64,000 bases of DNA from Octopus sinensis (taxonomy: Eukaryota). A program made the position numbers and the translations under genes. Within the stretch, counting starts at the first letter, position 1, and the number at the start of each line of letters is the position of its first letter. Under the pieces are notes generated by a model that ran no database searches, was not told the DNA's origin, and worked only from the letters and a program-made list of their open reading frames with translations. The stretch spans positions 7,378,001 to 7,442,000 of the forward strand of contig NC_043003.1 in NCBI RefSeq assembly GCF_006345805.1, given 5' to 3'. Below are positions 1 through 13,064 of the stretch, in pieces.

Positions 1-198
1 TAACAAGGAGTTACAGAAGATTCCAAAGTCATCTGAAGGCAGTGCTTGAAGCCAATGGCAATTTTATTGAATAAATCTACTCTTTGGTATTTCAAGATAT
101 TTTTTATGTAATTTTGGTGAATATATATGTCAAAATGAGATGTCGGCGTTATTTTAATTTTTGCATAATTTAGACGACAGTTCATTCACCGCACCCTG
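1..198 (+). mobile_element. 3' end of a Tc1/mariner-superfamily transposon (transposase C-terminus plus right TIR)
   Basis: Frame 3-74 reads TRSYRRFQSHLKAVLEANGNFIE*, a typical Tc1/mariner C-terminus. Sequence ends ...CACCCTG followed by TA (199-200). Confidence 0.75.
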
Positions 199-342
199 TA
201 TATGCATGAGCATGTATGCACACACATATTGCAACCAGAAAGTTAAATTCAAAATAATTTCTCGACATTTTTTTTTTTTGTCTCTGAATGCAGTCACTTT
301 TTCCTTTTTCTACTTTCTAAATGATGTCCTTTGTAATTTCAG

Positions 343-422
343 TGCGGGAATCTGGTTTAATTCTTCTGCAGACAGTACCAACACATATCCAGGTGAAAGA
401 TATCAAAGAAAAATTAGAAAAG
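343..422 (+). CDS. SLC30A1: ZnT1/ZnT10-clade zinc transporter, internal exon (xRESGLILLQTVPTHIQVKDIKEKLEK)
   Basis: Acceptor tttcAG at 341-342, donor GTGAGT at 423. Matches the ZnT1 'ILLQTVP..I' motif after TM6. Ends in phase 0, joining the next exon. Not in the ORF track in this frame. Confidence 0.9.
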
Positions 423-724
423 GTGAGTTTTTTTTTCTTCTTTTTCTTTTTCTTTTATTGATCTGCAACCTGACAGCTACTGACAGCGAACAGTAATGGA
501 ATCCTGGTCTGTGGATAATGAGAATGCTTGTGTCTGTCAGTTTTATATCCATGCAGGGACATGTTCTAGATAGAGGTCAATCTGTTTTTTAACCTTCAAT
601 AAAAGACTAGGTTGTTGTTTTTTGTATTAAATGTAATTTAAGTTTTTTTCTTTTTTTTTAAGTATGTCTTTGCATTTTTAAGCAATCAAATGCTCAGTTT
701 CTTTTTGTTTTTTTACGTGTTAAC

Positions 725-1175
725 TTTAATTTCAGCCATTGGATTATGGCCATGCTTGAGCACTACTTTGGAGGGTTTAGCTGAACAATCAATCCCAGTA
801 CTTGTGTGTGTGCGTTCTTTGGCCATGCTGGAGCACTGCCTTTAGTTGAACAAATCGACCCTAGGACTTATTCTTTGTAAGCCTAGTATTTATTCTACCG
901 GTCTCTTTTGCCAAACCGCTAAGTTACGGGTTCATAAGCACACCAGCATCGGTTGTCAAGCAATGTGTGTGTGGGTGGGGTGACAAACACACACACACAT
1001 ATATATATACGATGGGCTTGTTTCAGTTTCCGTCTACCAAATTTACTCACATGGCTTTGGTCGGCCCAAGGCTATAGTAGAAGACACTTGTCCAAGGTGG
1101 CATGCAGGGGGATTGAACTTGAACATCATGTGGTTACACTATTAGCTTCTTAACCACACAGCCATGCCTGTGCCT
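725..1175 (-). mobile_element. SINE family A (degenerate/composite)
   Basis: Homology by eye to 41547-41966. Confidence 0.75.
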
Positions 1176-2315
1176 TTTGCAGAACAATTTGGTATTGTTG
1201 GTATATGTGATTGTTGACTAATAGTTATGTTTTAGTTTTCCAAATGAGTGTGGTCATTGCCAGTGCCGCCTGACTGTCTCCCGTGCCGGTGGCACATAAA
1301 AAGCACCATTCAAATGTGGCTAATGTCAGTACCGCCTGACTGGCCCCCTTGCCGGTGGCATGTAAAAAGCACCATTCAAATGTGACCGATGCCAGTACTG
1401 CCTGACTGGCCCTTGGGCCAGTAGCATATACCAAAGCGCCCACTTCACTCTTAGAGTGGTTGACATTAGGAAGGGCATCCAGTTGTAGAAACACTGCCAG
1501 ATCAGATTGGAGCCTGGTGCAGCCTCCTGGCTTACCAGCCCTCAGTCAAACTGTCCAACACATGCCAGCATGGAAAGCGGACGTTAAACGGCAAGGATGA
1601 TGATGATGGTCAAGCTACTTAAATAGCAAAGTTACTTTTGATGTGCTTAGGTTAAGACTTCTAATCTGTGAGATGTTTTTTAAGTGCATGGTTAATAAAA
1701 AAGATTTTTTTTTGTGCTTTGGAAGGGTCATTGTGCCAATAATAACACATGCACTGGCTGTATTTCACTTATCTATTATTCATCATTAGTATCATTGATT
1801 GTGTGTTTAACATTGAAGAGTCAGGCAGGCATGAAGCTGACCTGGAGGAGTGAGGGCATGTCATTGAAGAGGGCATGAATAGCAAAGAAAGGACTGTGAC
1901 AAACCTAATTGATTGAATGATTAATCAAAAAATTAATGAGTTGATTAGATAATTAATCTATTGACAAAGATTAAAGAAGTGAAACTGAACTAGTGTGTGT
2001 TTACTAGCATAATGACCCTCCCAAGATACAAAATTTGTTTCAACACATGGGTTCACATCAAGAATCTTGCAAAGCAAATATAAAAATGAAATAATAAAAA
2101 TGAATTTCCTCAAATTATTTTATCACTGGTATATTGAGATAAATTTCTCTGTTGTTGGTATTTCTAAGTATTCTCAGTTTTAATCTACTGTGAGGATTGT
2201 ATTTTTCTGCTTCTTGGAAGATAATATTGGGTAATACCAAGCCAGTAGCAAAGTCTAGCTAAGCATTGATTGGCTGAAATCTAGTCAAATGTAATGGTCA
2301 ATACATGCTGAAATT

Positions 2316-2714
2316 AAGGCGGCGAGCTGGCAGAATCGTTAGCATGCCGGCAGAAATGATTAGCAGTATTTCGTCTGCCGCTATGTTCTGAGTTCAAATT
2401 CTGCCGAGGTCAACTTTGCCTTTCATCCTTTTGGGGTCGATTAAATAAGTACCAGTTACGCACTGGGGTCGATATAATCAGCTTAATCTGTTTGTCTGTC
2501 CTTGTTTGTCCTCTCTGTGTTTAGCCCCTTGTGGGTAGTAAAGAAATACGTATTTCATTTGCCGTTTCGTTCTGAGTTCAAATTCTGCCGAGGTCGACTT
2601 TACCTTTCATCCTTTCAGGATCAATAAATTAAGTACTAGTTGCATACTAGGGTCAATCTAATCGACTGGTCCCTTCCCCCAAAATTTCAGGCTTTGTACC
2701 TAAAGTAGAAAAGA
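2316..2714 (+). mobile_element. SINE family B dimer (full unit plus headless second unit)
   Basis: Flanked by a 15-bp TSD, ATACATGCTGAAATT (2301-2315) and ATATATGCTGAAATT (2715-2729). Confidence 0.85.
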
Positions 2715-2872
2715 ATATATGCTGAAATTGCTGTAGTGGTTTTCATATGAAACGTGCAGGATGTGAACGTCTGTGGATGTACACGTGCACACACACACGT
2801 ACACGTAAAATAGACAAATTTTATGTTTTTGGTTCTAATTGTTCTTTATGTCTTGTGTTCCAATGCTTCCAG

Positions 2873-3055
2873 ATTAGTGGTGTTCTTGCTGTTCATGAGT
2901 TCCATGTCTGGCAACTGGCAGGCAACAGAATTATTGCATCTGCTCACGTCCGTTGCCAGAACATTGAAGAATACATGCATGTAGCCGTTAAAATCAAAGA
3001 ACTCTTTCATAATGAAGGAATCCATTCGACGACCATCCAGCCTGAATTTGTTGAA
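2873..3055 (+). CDS. SLC30A1: ZnT1-like zinc transporter exon (ISGVLAVHEFHVWQLAGNRIIASAHV...FHNEGIHSTTIQPEFVE)
   Basis: Acceptor cttccAG at 2871-2872, donor GTAAG at 3056. 183 nt, phase 0/0. Contains the CDF C-terminal motifs VHEFHVW and GIHSTTIQPEF. Confidence 0.95.
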
Positions 3056-3789
3056 GTAAGTGTCATTTTATTTCCCCTGTTGTTGTTGTTATTTCTTGTA
3101 CTTAAACTTTTAGTGGTTACTGTTACAGGTTTGTAAATATTTTGCAGCACTCTTTGTGCCGGTGGCACGTAAAAGGCACCATTCGAACGTGGCCGATGCC
3201 AGCTCCGCCTTGACTGGCTTCTGTGCCACTGACACGTAAAAAGCACCAACCAATCGTGGCCGCTGCCAGCCTCCCCCGGTGGCACATAAAAAGCACCTAC
3301 TACACTCATGGGGTGGTTGGCGTTAAGAAGGGCATCCAGCTGTAGAAACACTGCCAGATCAGACTGCAGCCCTGGTCGAACCATCCAACCTGTGCTAGCA
3401 CAGAAAACGGATGTTAAACGATGATGATGATGTGTGTTACAACACTCTTGGAGTGGTTGGTGTTGGGAAGGGCATCCAGCTGTAGAAACTCTGCCAGATC
3501 AGATTGGAGCCTGGTGCAGCCATCTGGTTCGCCAGACCTCAGTGAAATCGTCCAACCCATGCTAGCATGGAAAGCGGATGTTAAACAATGATTATGATGA
3601 TGTATGTGTGTGTGTGGCTCTGTGTTCAGTTGTCCTTGTATGCCTGTCTACACTGCCAAAGGTTTATTATTCATTTTTGGCAGTCTCACAATTGTACCAT
3701 TGTTTATGTAACTCAATCTGTGCGCATGTGTCACAGCTACTGCTCCTTTTTACTTGACGTTAATGGTGTGTATCTCAGCCCAATATTCC

Positions 3790-3975
3790 CTTGTGGGAAT
3801 AAAGCAACACCAAATATGTCGTCCCAAGGCCGAATATCCTGCGGAAATAAAACACAACACCAAATACGTCGTCCCAAAGTCCAATATCTTGCGGAAATAA
3901 AGCAACACCAAATACGTCGTGGCGAAGCCTTAATGTCTTGCGGAAATAAAACACAACTCCAAATAAGCCGTGCCG
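3790..3975. repeat. Four ~48-50-bp tandem units
   Basis: Conserved CTTGCGGAAATAAA(GC/ACAC)AACACCAAATACGTCGT with a variable remainder. Confidence 0.85.
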
Positions 3976-5524
3976 TGATGACTCATGCCCTTATATCCAC
4001 AGCTATTTGTGTGTGTGTTTTTAAGGTTGTCTAAACTCGGTAGCAAAGAGGCCGGTGGGTGAGACAGAAAAAGAGAGTTTCTAAGAAGTTATTTATAATT
4101 GCAGTGAAAATATGCATTGTTCGTATGTTGCAGCCTGTTTATTGCTTGTACATACAAGTATGGTTGTTAATATTATTTTGTAGCACCAGATAACCGTTGA
4201 TTAAACAGGCTTTTTTATGGCTCACAGATATTTAACCAACTGACCAGGTGCTCTTCACAGACCTGTTTTTCCAGTTATACCACTATCTACCTGAGTGCTA
4301 AATTGCTGCTCACTCTTACATGAATTGCAGTGTGACAGTCTAAACATACTACACTCTCTTCATTGAATGATTTAGTACTTGTACACCTGAAGATTCTAGT
4401 GGTGACTACAAGTGAATGGAGGGCAAGGGTGGATTTAGTAAATGTTACAGTCGCTGCCCCTCTTGGCTTGTTAATGGTGTTCATCCCAGCATTGTGTTTT
4501 GGTGGGAGAGCCAAGCTTCTTTTTATCTCTTATTCTTTTGCCTGTTTTGGTATTCGGGCAGCGCTTGAGTTTCTTACACCCTGCCCCCCCTGTCCTTGGA
4601 GGATGAGTGGGAAGGGCCAATAAATAGGCCTATACAGGATTATACACTAGGCTCAAAATTGCTGCCATCATAGAAGTGCCACTGAGCCAGGCTGTGGCCC
4701 ACACTGGCCCTATCTCTTAGCTACTGGTTGGGATTTTTTGTCTTATATCTTTTACTTGTTCAGTAATCCAACTGTGGCCATGCTGGGGCACTGCGTTGAA
4801 GAATTTTTAGTTGAATAAATCAACCCCAGCACCTATTCTTTAGGGCCTGGTACACAGACACAAACACAGACACACACGTACATACATGTGATGGGATTCT
4901 TTCAGTTTCCTTCCACCAAATCCACTCACAAGGCTTTGGTTGGCCCAAGGTTATAGCAGAAGACACTTGCCCAAAGTGCCACGCAGTGGGACTGAACATG
5001 GGACCATGTGGTTCCAGGGCAAGCTTCTTACCACACAGCCACACCTAAGGGTCCACGCATGACTGGTATCATTCATAAAGAGCTAATGTATTTTTTCGCT
5101 ACGCTGTTGTTGAACCCCCCCCCCCACATACATGCGCACACACGCATGGATGCACATGCACAAACACGTTTGTGTTCTGTATATATTTATGCACTTTGCT
5201 TTCAGTTTTCTTATCCTGTCTCTGGTGTCCATTGTTGTCCATTTGTAACTCTTTGGCAGTTCTGTGTACACCATGAATGCGACATTGTCGAGTGTGGCGG
5301 TCGCTTGTCTTTGATGTTGTCTAGTGTCACCAGTACAAAGGGAAACTGTGGATTTAAGAGATAGTCTTTTTTTTATTTGGGGGCCCACGATTTTATGGAG
5401 TCAGTGGAGAGTAAGGCCCTCGTTCAGCTTTGCCTGTAGAACAACAGGCAGGTGGGTGCCTATTATCAGCACGTTTGTATCATAAGTGTGTGGTGTGGGT
5501 TTTATCTCGTGCTGGTTGTGTGTG

Positions 5525-5632
5525 ATATATCTATATATAGATATATATATATTATATACTATATATATATATATATATCTTATATATATATATATCTATA
5601 TATATGCTAATATATATAATATATATATGCTA

Positions 5633-5670
<38 letters not shown>

Positions 5671-5841
5671 TATATATATATATATATATGCTATAATATA
5701 TATATATAATATATGCTATATATATATATATATATGCTAATTATATATATATGCTATATATATAATATATGCTATATATATATATATATGCTATATATAT
5801 ATATATATATATATGCTATATATATATTATATATAATATGC

Positions 5842-5874
<33 letters not shown>

Positions 5875-6075
5875 TATATATATATGCTATATATATATAT
5901 ATGCTATATATATATATATATGCTATATAATATATATTATATATATTAGATATGCTATTATAGATATATATATGCGATATATATATATATATATATATAT
6001 ATATGCTATATATATATATATGCTATATAGATATATATATATATAATATATGCTATTATATATATATAAGATATG

Positions 6076-6115
<40 letters not shown>

Positions 6116-7244
6116 TTATATATATATATTATATATGCTATATATAATATATATATATATATTATATATATATTGCTATTATATATTATATGCTATATAT
6201 ATATATATATATATGCTATATATATATATATATAGCTATATATATATATATATGCTATATATATATATATATATGCTATATATATAATATGCCTATAATA
6301 TATATGCTATATATATATATGCTATATATATATATATATGCTATAGTATTATATATACTATATATATAATATATGCTATATATATATATGCTATATATAT
6401 ATATATATATATATATGCTATTATATATATGCTATATATATATATATATATATATATATAGATATATATATATATGCTATTATATATATATATATATGCT
6501 TATATATATATATATATATATGCTATATATATATATATATATTGCTATATATATATATATATATATATGCTATATATATATGATATATATATATATATAT
6601 GCTATATATATATATGCTATATATAGTATATATATATATATATGCTATATATATATATATGCTATATATATAATATATATATATATATGCTATATTATAT
6701 ATATATGCTATATATATATATGCTATATATATATATGCTATATATATATATGCTATATATATAATATATATATATGCTATATATATATATTGCTATATAT
6801 ATATATATATATATATGCTATATATATAATATATATGCATATATATATAGCTATATATATATATGCTATATATATATATATATATAATATATATGCTATT
6901 ATATAATATATATATGCTATATATGCTATATATATATGCTATATATATATATATGCTATATATATATATATATATATATATGCTATATATCTATATATAT
7001 ATGCTATATATATATATAATATATATGCTATATATGCTATATAATATGCTATATATATATATATATATATATATGCTAGATATGCTATATATATATGCTA
7101 TATATATATGCTATATATATATATATATGCTATATATATATATATATATGCTATATATATATATATATATGCTATTATAATAGCTATATATATAATATAT
7201 GCTATAGATATATATATATGCTATATATATATATATATATATGC

Positions 7245-7265
<21 letters not shown>
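5525..7265. repeat. ~1.7-kb compound microsatellite, unit approximately GCT(AT)n
   Basis: Directly visible; lies in the last ZnT intron. Confidence 0.97.
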
Positions 7266-7277
<12 letters not shown>

Positions 7278-8535
7278 TTTCTGATATATGTGATGTACAC
7301 GTATTAATGTTGTCATAGCTTTGTGATTGTGACCTCTGCTTCTGGACCACGTGGTCTCAGGTTCAATCCCATTCTTGTAAGTGGATTTGCTAGGTGGAAA
7401 CTGAAAGGAACCCATTGTGTGTATATGTATGTGTGTGTGTGTGAGGGGGGGGTGTCATGTGAATGCCAGCATGGAAAACGGACATTAAATGATAACGATG
7501 GTTTATATATGTAAGCTTGCTTACCAACCACATGGCTCGGAGTTCAGTCCCACTGTGTGACACCTTGGGCAAGTGCCTTCTACTACTTGTGATTTGGGAG
7601 ACAGAAACTGAAAGAAGCCCATTGTATATGTGTGTGTGTGTATGTGTTTGTCCTCTCACTATCGCGTGACAACTGATGTTGGTGTGTTTACGTCCCTGCA
7701 ACTTAGTGGTTCGGCAAAAGAGACTGATAGAATAAGTACTAGGCTTACAAAGATTTGTTTGACTAAAGGCGGTGCTCCAGCATGGCTACAATCAAATGAC
7801 TGAAACAAATAAAAGAATAAAAATATATATATATATATATTTAAATGATAAGGGTAAAGATTGGTATTAATTAGATTAATATCAATTTAAACCAGTGGCC
7901 TAACATACTGAAAAAATTCCACCTAGTGGTCATTCCTCTCATATGCATGTTTTTTTTTTTTTTTTGCTGAACCACTAGGGGACATAAACAAACCAACACT
8001 GGTTGTCAAGTGGTAGTGGAGGACAAACACAAAGACACGCACTTGGATATATTAATATATATATATATATATCATCATCATCATCATCATTTCATTTAGC
8101 GTCCGTTTTCCATGCTAGCATGGGTTGGACGGTTCTACTGGGGTCTGTGAAGCCAGAAGGCTTCATCAGGCCCAGTCAAATCTGGCAGTGTTTCTACGGC
8201 TGGATGCCCTTCCTAACGCCAAAGGTGCCCTTCCTAATATGTATATGTATATATATATATATATACACGCACACATGCATGACTGGCTTCTTACAGTATC
8301 TGTCTACCAAATTCACTGACAAGACTTTGGTCGAGCCAAGGTGCCACGTAGTGGGATTGAACCTGGAACCATGTGGTTGGAAAGCAAGCTTCTTACCACA
8401 CAACCACACCTGCAGAATGAAATAATTTTAAAACTTTCCTGTTTCTCACCTGCTTACATATTTGTCCTTTTTTTCATTCTTTCTTTTGCCCTTTATTTTT
8501 ATTTATTTATCGTGTTTTGTTTTTTGTTTTTACAG

Positions 8536-8859
8536 TTTGAAGAGATTATTCCTGGTCGGGACTGTGCTTTGGAGTGTGGGCCAGACAAAAAATGCTACAC
8601 AGACACCTGTTGCCCCACAACGCCATCCGCCTCATCGATGAACCAAAATGAAACTGATTATGAGCAAAGTACTTCCAATAGGAACCTGACAGAGTTGCCC
8701 AACAATATTGAACAAAATGTGGACCCTAAAAAATTGGTTGTGGCTTATGACACCAACAAAGATGAGACTCGGTCAGAATTAACTTTTAGCTTGAATTCTT
8801 CAACAGACTTTGAAAACAAAAGAAGTAGTCAGACCGATTCCCTCAAAAGGACAGTTTAG
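8536..8859 (+). CDS. SLC30A1: ZnT1-like zinc transporter last coding exon (FEEIIPGRDCALECGPDKKCYTDTCC...KRTV*)
   Basis: Polypyrimidine tract and tacAG at 8534-8535, in phase with the previous exon. Cys cluster resembles the ZnT1 CxLxC...CC tail. Stop TAG at 8857-8859. Confidence 0.88.
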   Translation, partial: FEEIIPGRDCALECGPDKKCYTDTCCPTTPSASSMNQNETDYEQSTSNRNLTELPNNIEQNVDPKKLVVAYDTNKDETRSELTFSLNSSTDFENKRSSQTDSLKRTV

Positions 8860-8879
8860 CTTTGTTACTATGCAAAATA

Positions 8880-8982
8880 CTTATATGGACACACATCACA
8901 TATACATACATACACATACACACATATATATATACATACACACACACACACACACACATGCCCACATATGTATATGTGTATA

Positions 8983-9020
<38 letters not shown>

Positions 9021-9365
9021 GATACATACACATGTGTATATATATATATATAGATATATGTATGTATATGTATACACATAGATACATACATACATATGTA
9101 CACATATACACCCATATATGTATAGATACATGCATACATGTCAAGTCACTCTATACACATGCATATGCATCTAGTATGTATAGAGATTGACTGCCATATA
9201 TTCCTATATATATATGTGTGTGTGTATATAAGAGGTGAGCCCATAAGTATATGTGGAAAATGACCATTATATATATACATACACATATGTATGTATGCGT
9301 GTATATATATATACATATATATATATATATACATATACACACATGTATGTATATATATGTATAAA
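8880..9365. repeat. Compound (CA/TA/TG) microsatellite just 3' of the ZnT stop
   Basis: Directly visible. Confidence 0.9.
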
Positions 9366-10039
9366 CCCTATATATCTTATGTTTAATCACTATGTGGTGA
9401 TCTCATCCAAATGAGATTGATATCTAATTAAGGGACTAATTTAATTTTCTTCCATATTTTTTTTACTACTTTCTCATTCAAAATTTGTTGTAATTTTTTT
9501 GTAATTTAATTATAAACAGGAGTTATTTATTTTCTCTACTCATTGTTGCCGTTTTTGTTGCTAACGACACAGCACACCTATGCAGCCATTTTAATAATAG
9601 AATTAATAATTATTTTTATGGTCATATCTGTGCTGTAGATCGTGAGGGGGAAGTCGAGGGAGAGGTGTGGAGACAGCTAGGTCACTTGCCTGGATAGGCG
9701 AAGACTATAAGAGTAGCAAGTCTGGTGGAAGAAATTGTCTTGTGTGTTGATCTTAAACTGTATATAAGTGATTGTGTGTGTGTGTGTGTGTGCATTAATG
9801 CAGTTAAGTGAGAAACTAGTTTTGGCTTGTTTTTCACACGGTTGCTTCACCTTTTTACTTTGAATGGTTATAATAATTTGGAGTACAACCATACTCCATG
9901 AAAGGGGAAAAAAAAAGGCCATTAAATAAAGAAAAAGAATAATCACCACCTGGCCACGCCCATGGGAAACCCTTTCACAAGACCAATTAGTCATCGACTC
10001 TCTCTGAATGTTTGCACTTCAAGGTATATATGGCCTAAG

Positions 10040-10255
10040 AAGGCGGCGAGCTGGCAGAAACGTTAGCACGGGGGGTGAAATGCTTTGTGGTATTTCGTCC
10101 ACCGCTACATTCTGAGTTCAAATTCCGCCAAGGTCGACTTTGCCTTTCATCATTTTGGGGTCGATTAAATAAGGACCAGTTACGCACTGGGGTCGATATA
10201 ATCGACTTAATCTGTTTGTTTGTCCTCTCTGTGCCCTTGTGGGTAGTAAAGAAAT
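10040..10255 (+). mobile_element. SINE family B
   Basis: Head and tail as other copies. TSD AGGTATATATGGCCT (10022-10036) / AGGTAGACATGGCCT (10256-10270). Confidence 0.85.
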
Positions 10256-10849
10256 AGGTAGACATGGCCTGATATTCAACACATTCCTGTAATACGGTTC
10301 TCAATGTCAGATCTTTATTCTTGTTCTGACACAATACCTTCAACTCTGTTCTTCTATTTATATCTTTTCTTTTGTTCTGACTTTTTTTTCCGTTTGTCTT
10401 TCTTATATGTCCCTCTCACTCTCTCTCGGTTTTAAGATGCATCCATTAATTTTGATGCAGATCTTGTGTGCCTTTAACAAACTCCTTTCTGCTGCATGGA
10501 TGCAAGAATTTGGACTAGATCCTGATTTCATATTACCCCATAAGTTGTGCTTTATTCTCTACCCCATTCCATACTAGTCTTGGAGACCCTGCAATAAAAT
10601 CTAAGTACTGCCCTCCTGCCTTCTGATTAATATATAAACACTTATATACTCCCCTGGCACCTGTGCCGGTGGCATGTAAAAAGCACCCACTACACTCACG
10701 GAATGGTTGGCGTTAGGAAGGGCATCCAGCTGTAGAAACACTGCCAGATCAGACTGGAGCCTGGTGCAGCCTCCTAGCTTCCCAGACCCCGGTCGAACCG
10801 TCCAACCCATGGTAGCATGGAAAACGGATGTTAAACGATGACGATGATG

Positions 10850-10884
<35 letters not shown>

Positions 10885-10886
<2 letters not shown>

Positions 10887-11280
10887 TACTCTTTTACTTG
10901 TTTCAGTCATTTGACTGTGGCCATGCTGGAGCACTACCTTTTACTCAAGCTAATTGACCCCAGAACTTATTCTTTATATCCCTAGTACTTATTCTATTGG
11001 TCTCTTTTGCCGAACTGCTAAGTTACGGGGACGTAAACACACCAGCATCGGTTGTCAAGCGATGTTGTGGGGAGGACAAACACAGACACACAAACATACA
11101 TATATATATATATACGACAGGCTTCTTTCAGTTTCCGTCTACGAAATCCACTCACAAGGCTTTGGTCAGGCCAAGGCTATAGTAGAAGACACTTACCCAA
11201 GGTGCCATGCAGTGGGACTGAACCCGGAACCATGTGGTTGGTAAGCAAGCTACTTACCACATAGCCACTCCTATGCCTTT
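10885..11280 (-). mobile_element. SINE family A
   Basis: Homology by eye to 41547-41966. Confidence 0.8.
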
Positions 11281-12176
11281 TATAGATATATACATATATG
11301 TGTATATATGTATATATATATAAAATATATATGTATATACACATATAAAATACATATACACACACGCATGTGTGTGCTTTAATAGGTTTGTGTTGAGGAT
11401 AGACTGAAGAACCCAGATACTGTTCATATATTTACATAGACTGTGGCCATACTGGAGCACTACTTTGAAGAGTTTAGTCAAACAGATTGACTCCAGCATA
11501 GATCTCGTTCAAGTATGGGAGCATAAACAAACTAACAATGGTTTTCAAACAGTGTAGACACACACACATGCACGTGCATATTATATGACAAGCTTCCACA
11601 CAGTTTCCATCTACCGAATTCATTCCTAGAACCCCACTGGATGTCCTGGGCTTATTAATGGATGACCCTTGCCCGAGATGCTGTTCAGTGGGACTGAACC
11701 TAAAACATTGAAGTCCTAAAGCAATATTCTTAACCACACTACCATGCTTGCACCTATACAGTGAGAATAGTAATAATATTTAATATTTTTAACTTGTGAC
11801 TGTAACTTCGGAGTTTAACCGTTTTATGTCATAGTGGAAACGCGACCTATGCCGCAAATAGGCATACGAATATTGTATAAATTTTATAATGGAAAATTTA
11901 CTATATTCTGTACATACGAATATAACAGCCTGCAGGTGCAATAAAATGGACACGCGGGGCGGGGGGGGGGGGGGGCTCCCTGCTTTAATATATACCTGCT
12001 GACCCAGAAGCCTACTACAGATCCCCAGCTCCAGCCTCTGTTGTGAGCTTGGACCCTAACAGATTACCAATTATAGAAAACTTACACAGTGTACCCATCG
12101 GTTTAGATCATCAGTGAAGTAAACCCCTCATATTCTCTCTCTGTGTATATATATGGTTTGGACCAAGCTCCAATAT

Positions 12177-12555
12177 CTCTCTTACTTGTTTCAGTCATTT
12201 GACTGTGGCCATGCTGGAGCACCACCTTTAGTCGAGCAAATCCACCCCCGGACTTATTCTTTGTAAGCCCAGTACTTATTCTATCGGTCTCTTTTGCCGA
12301 ACCGCTAAGTGACGGGGACATAAACACACCAGCATCGGTTGTCAAGCAATGCTATGGGGACAAACACATACATATATATATATACATACATACGACAGGC
12401 TTCTTTCAGTTTCCGTCTACCAAATCCACTCACAAGGCATTGGTCGGCCCGGGGCTATAGCAGAAGACACTTGCCCAAGATGCCACGCAGTGGGACTGAA
12501 CCCGGAACCATGTGGTTGGTTAGCAAGCTACTTACCACACAGCCACTCCTGCGCC
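12177..12555 (-). mobile_element. SINE family A, head-to-head with a partial + copy at ~12587-12745
   Basis: Homology by eye to 41547-41966. Confidence 0.82.
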
Positions 12556-13064
12556 CATCTGCTTATAAAATATATATAAAACCCTAAGTGCTTACCAACT
12601 ACATGGTTCCGGGTTCAGTCCCACTGCGTGGCATCTTGGGCGTGGCATCTTGGGCAAGTGTCTTCTACTATAGCCTCGGACCAAGACCAAAGCCTTGTGA
12701 GTGGATTTGGTAGAGAGAAACTGAATGAAGCCCGTCATATATGTGTATAGTATTGCGATCAATACTACGTGTACACGAGAAAAATGCACATGCAGTTTGC
12801 GCAAAAAAAGCCGGCTGGCTTGAAATAATGCCACAAAATGGAACAGTTGAACAAGTTGTTTTGAGAAAATTTGGTTTAAATGTTTAACAACTTAGCACCG
12901 TCAATTGGACGGGGCGGGGACGTTTTTTTTGTATATATCTATATATGCATGTGTGTATGTTTGTGTGTCTGTTAGTCCAGTGAGCTAACGAGTCTACCAG
13001 CTCGCTGCCTTAATAATAATGATTTCTAATTTTTGCCACAAGGGCATCTTTGAGGTGGGGTTTT

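Noticed and set aside
3790-3975. CRISPR-like repeat/spacer look
   Set aside because: The context is a eukaryotic intron with no cas genes, and the spacers are short and related to one another.
5486-7350. Many Y/I-rich ORFs in the ORF track
   Set aside because: They are translations of the (AT)n satellite; the same applies to 8810-9390.
8845-8859. PDZ-binding motif at the ZnT C-terminus (KRTV)
   Set aside because: Position -2 is Arg, so it does not fit the class I S/T-x-V consensus.
12339-12587. Recurrent 'RQASFSFRLPNPLTR' peptide ORFs across the window
   Set aside because: These are antisense translations of SINE family A, not a gene family.
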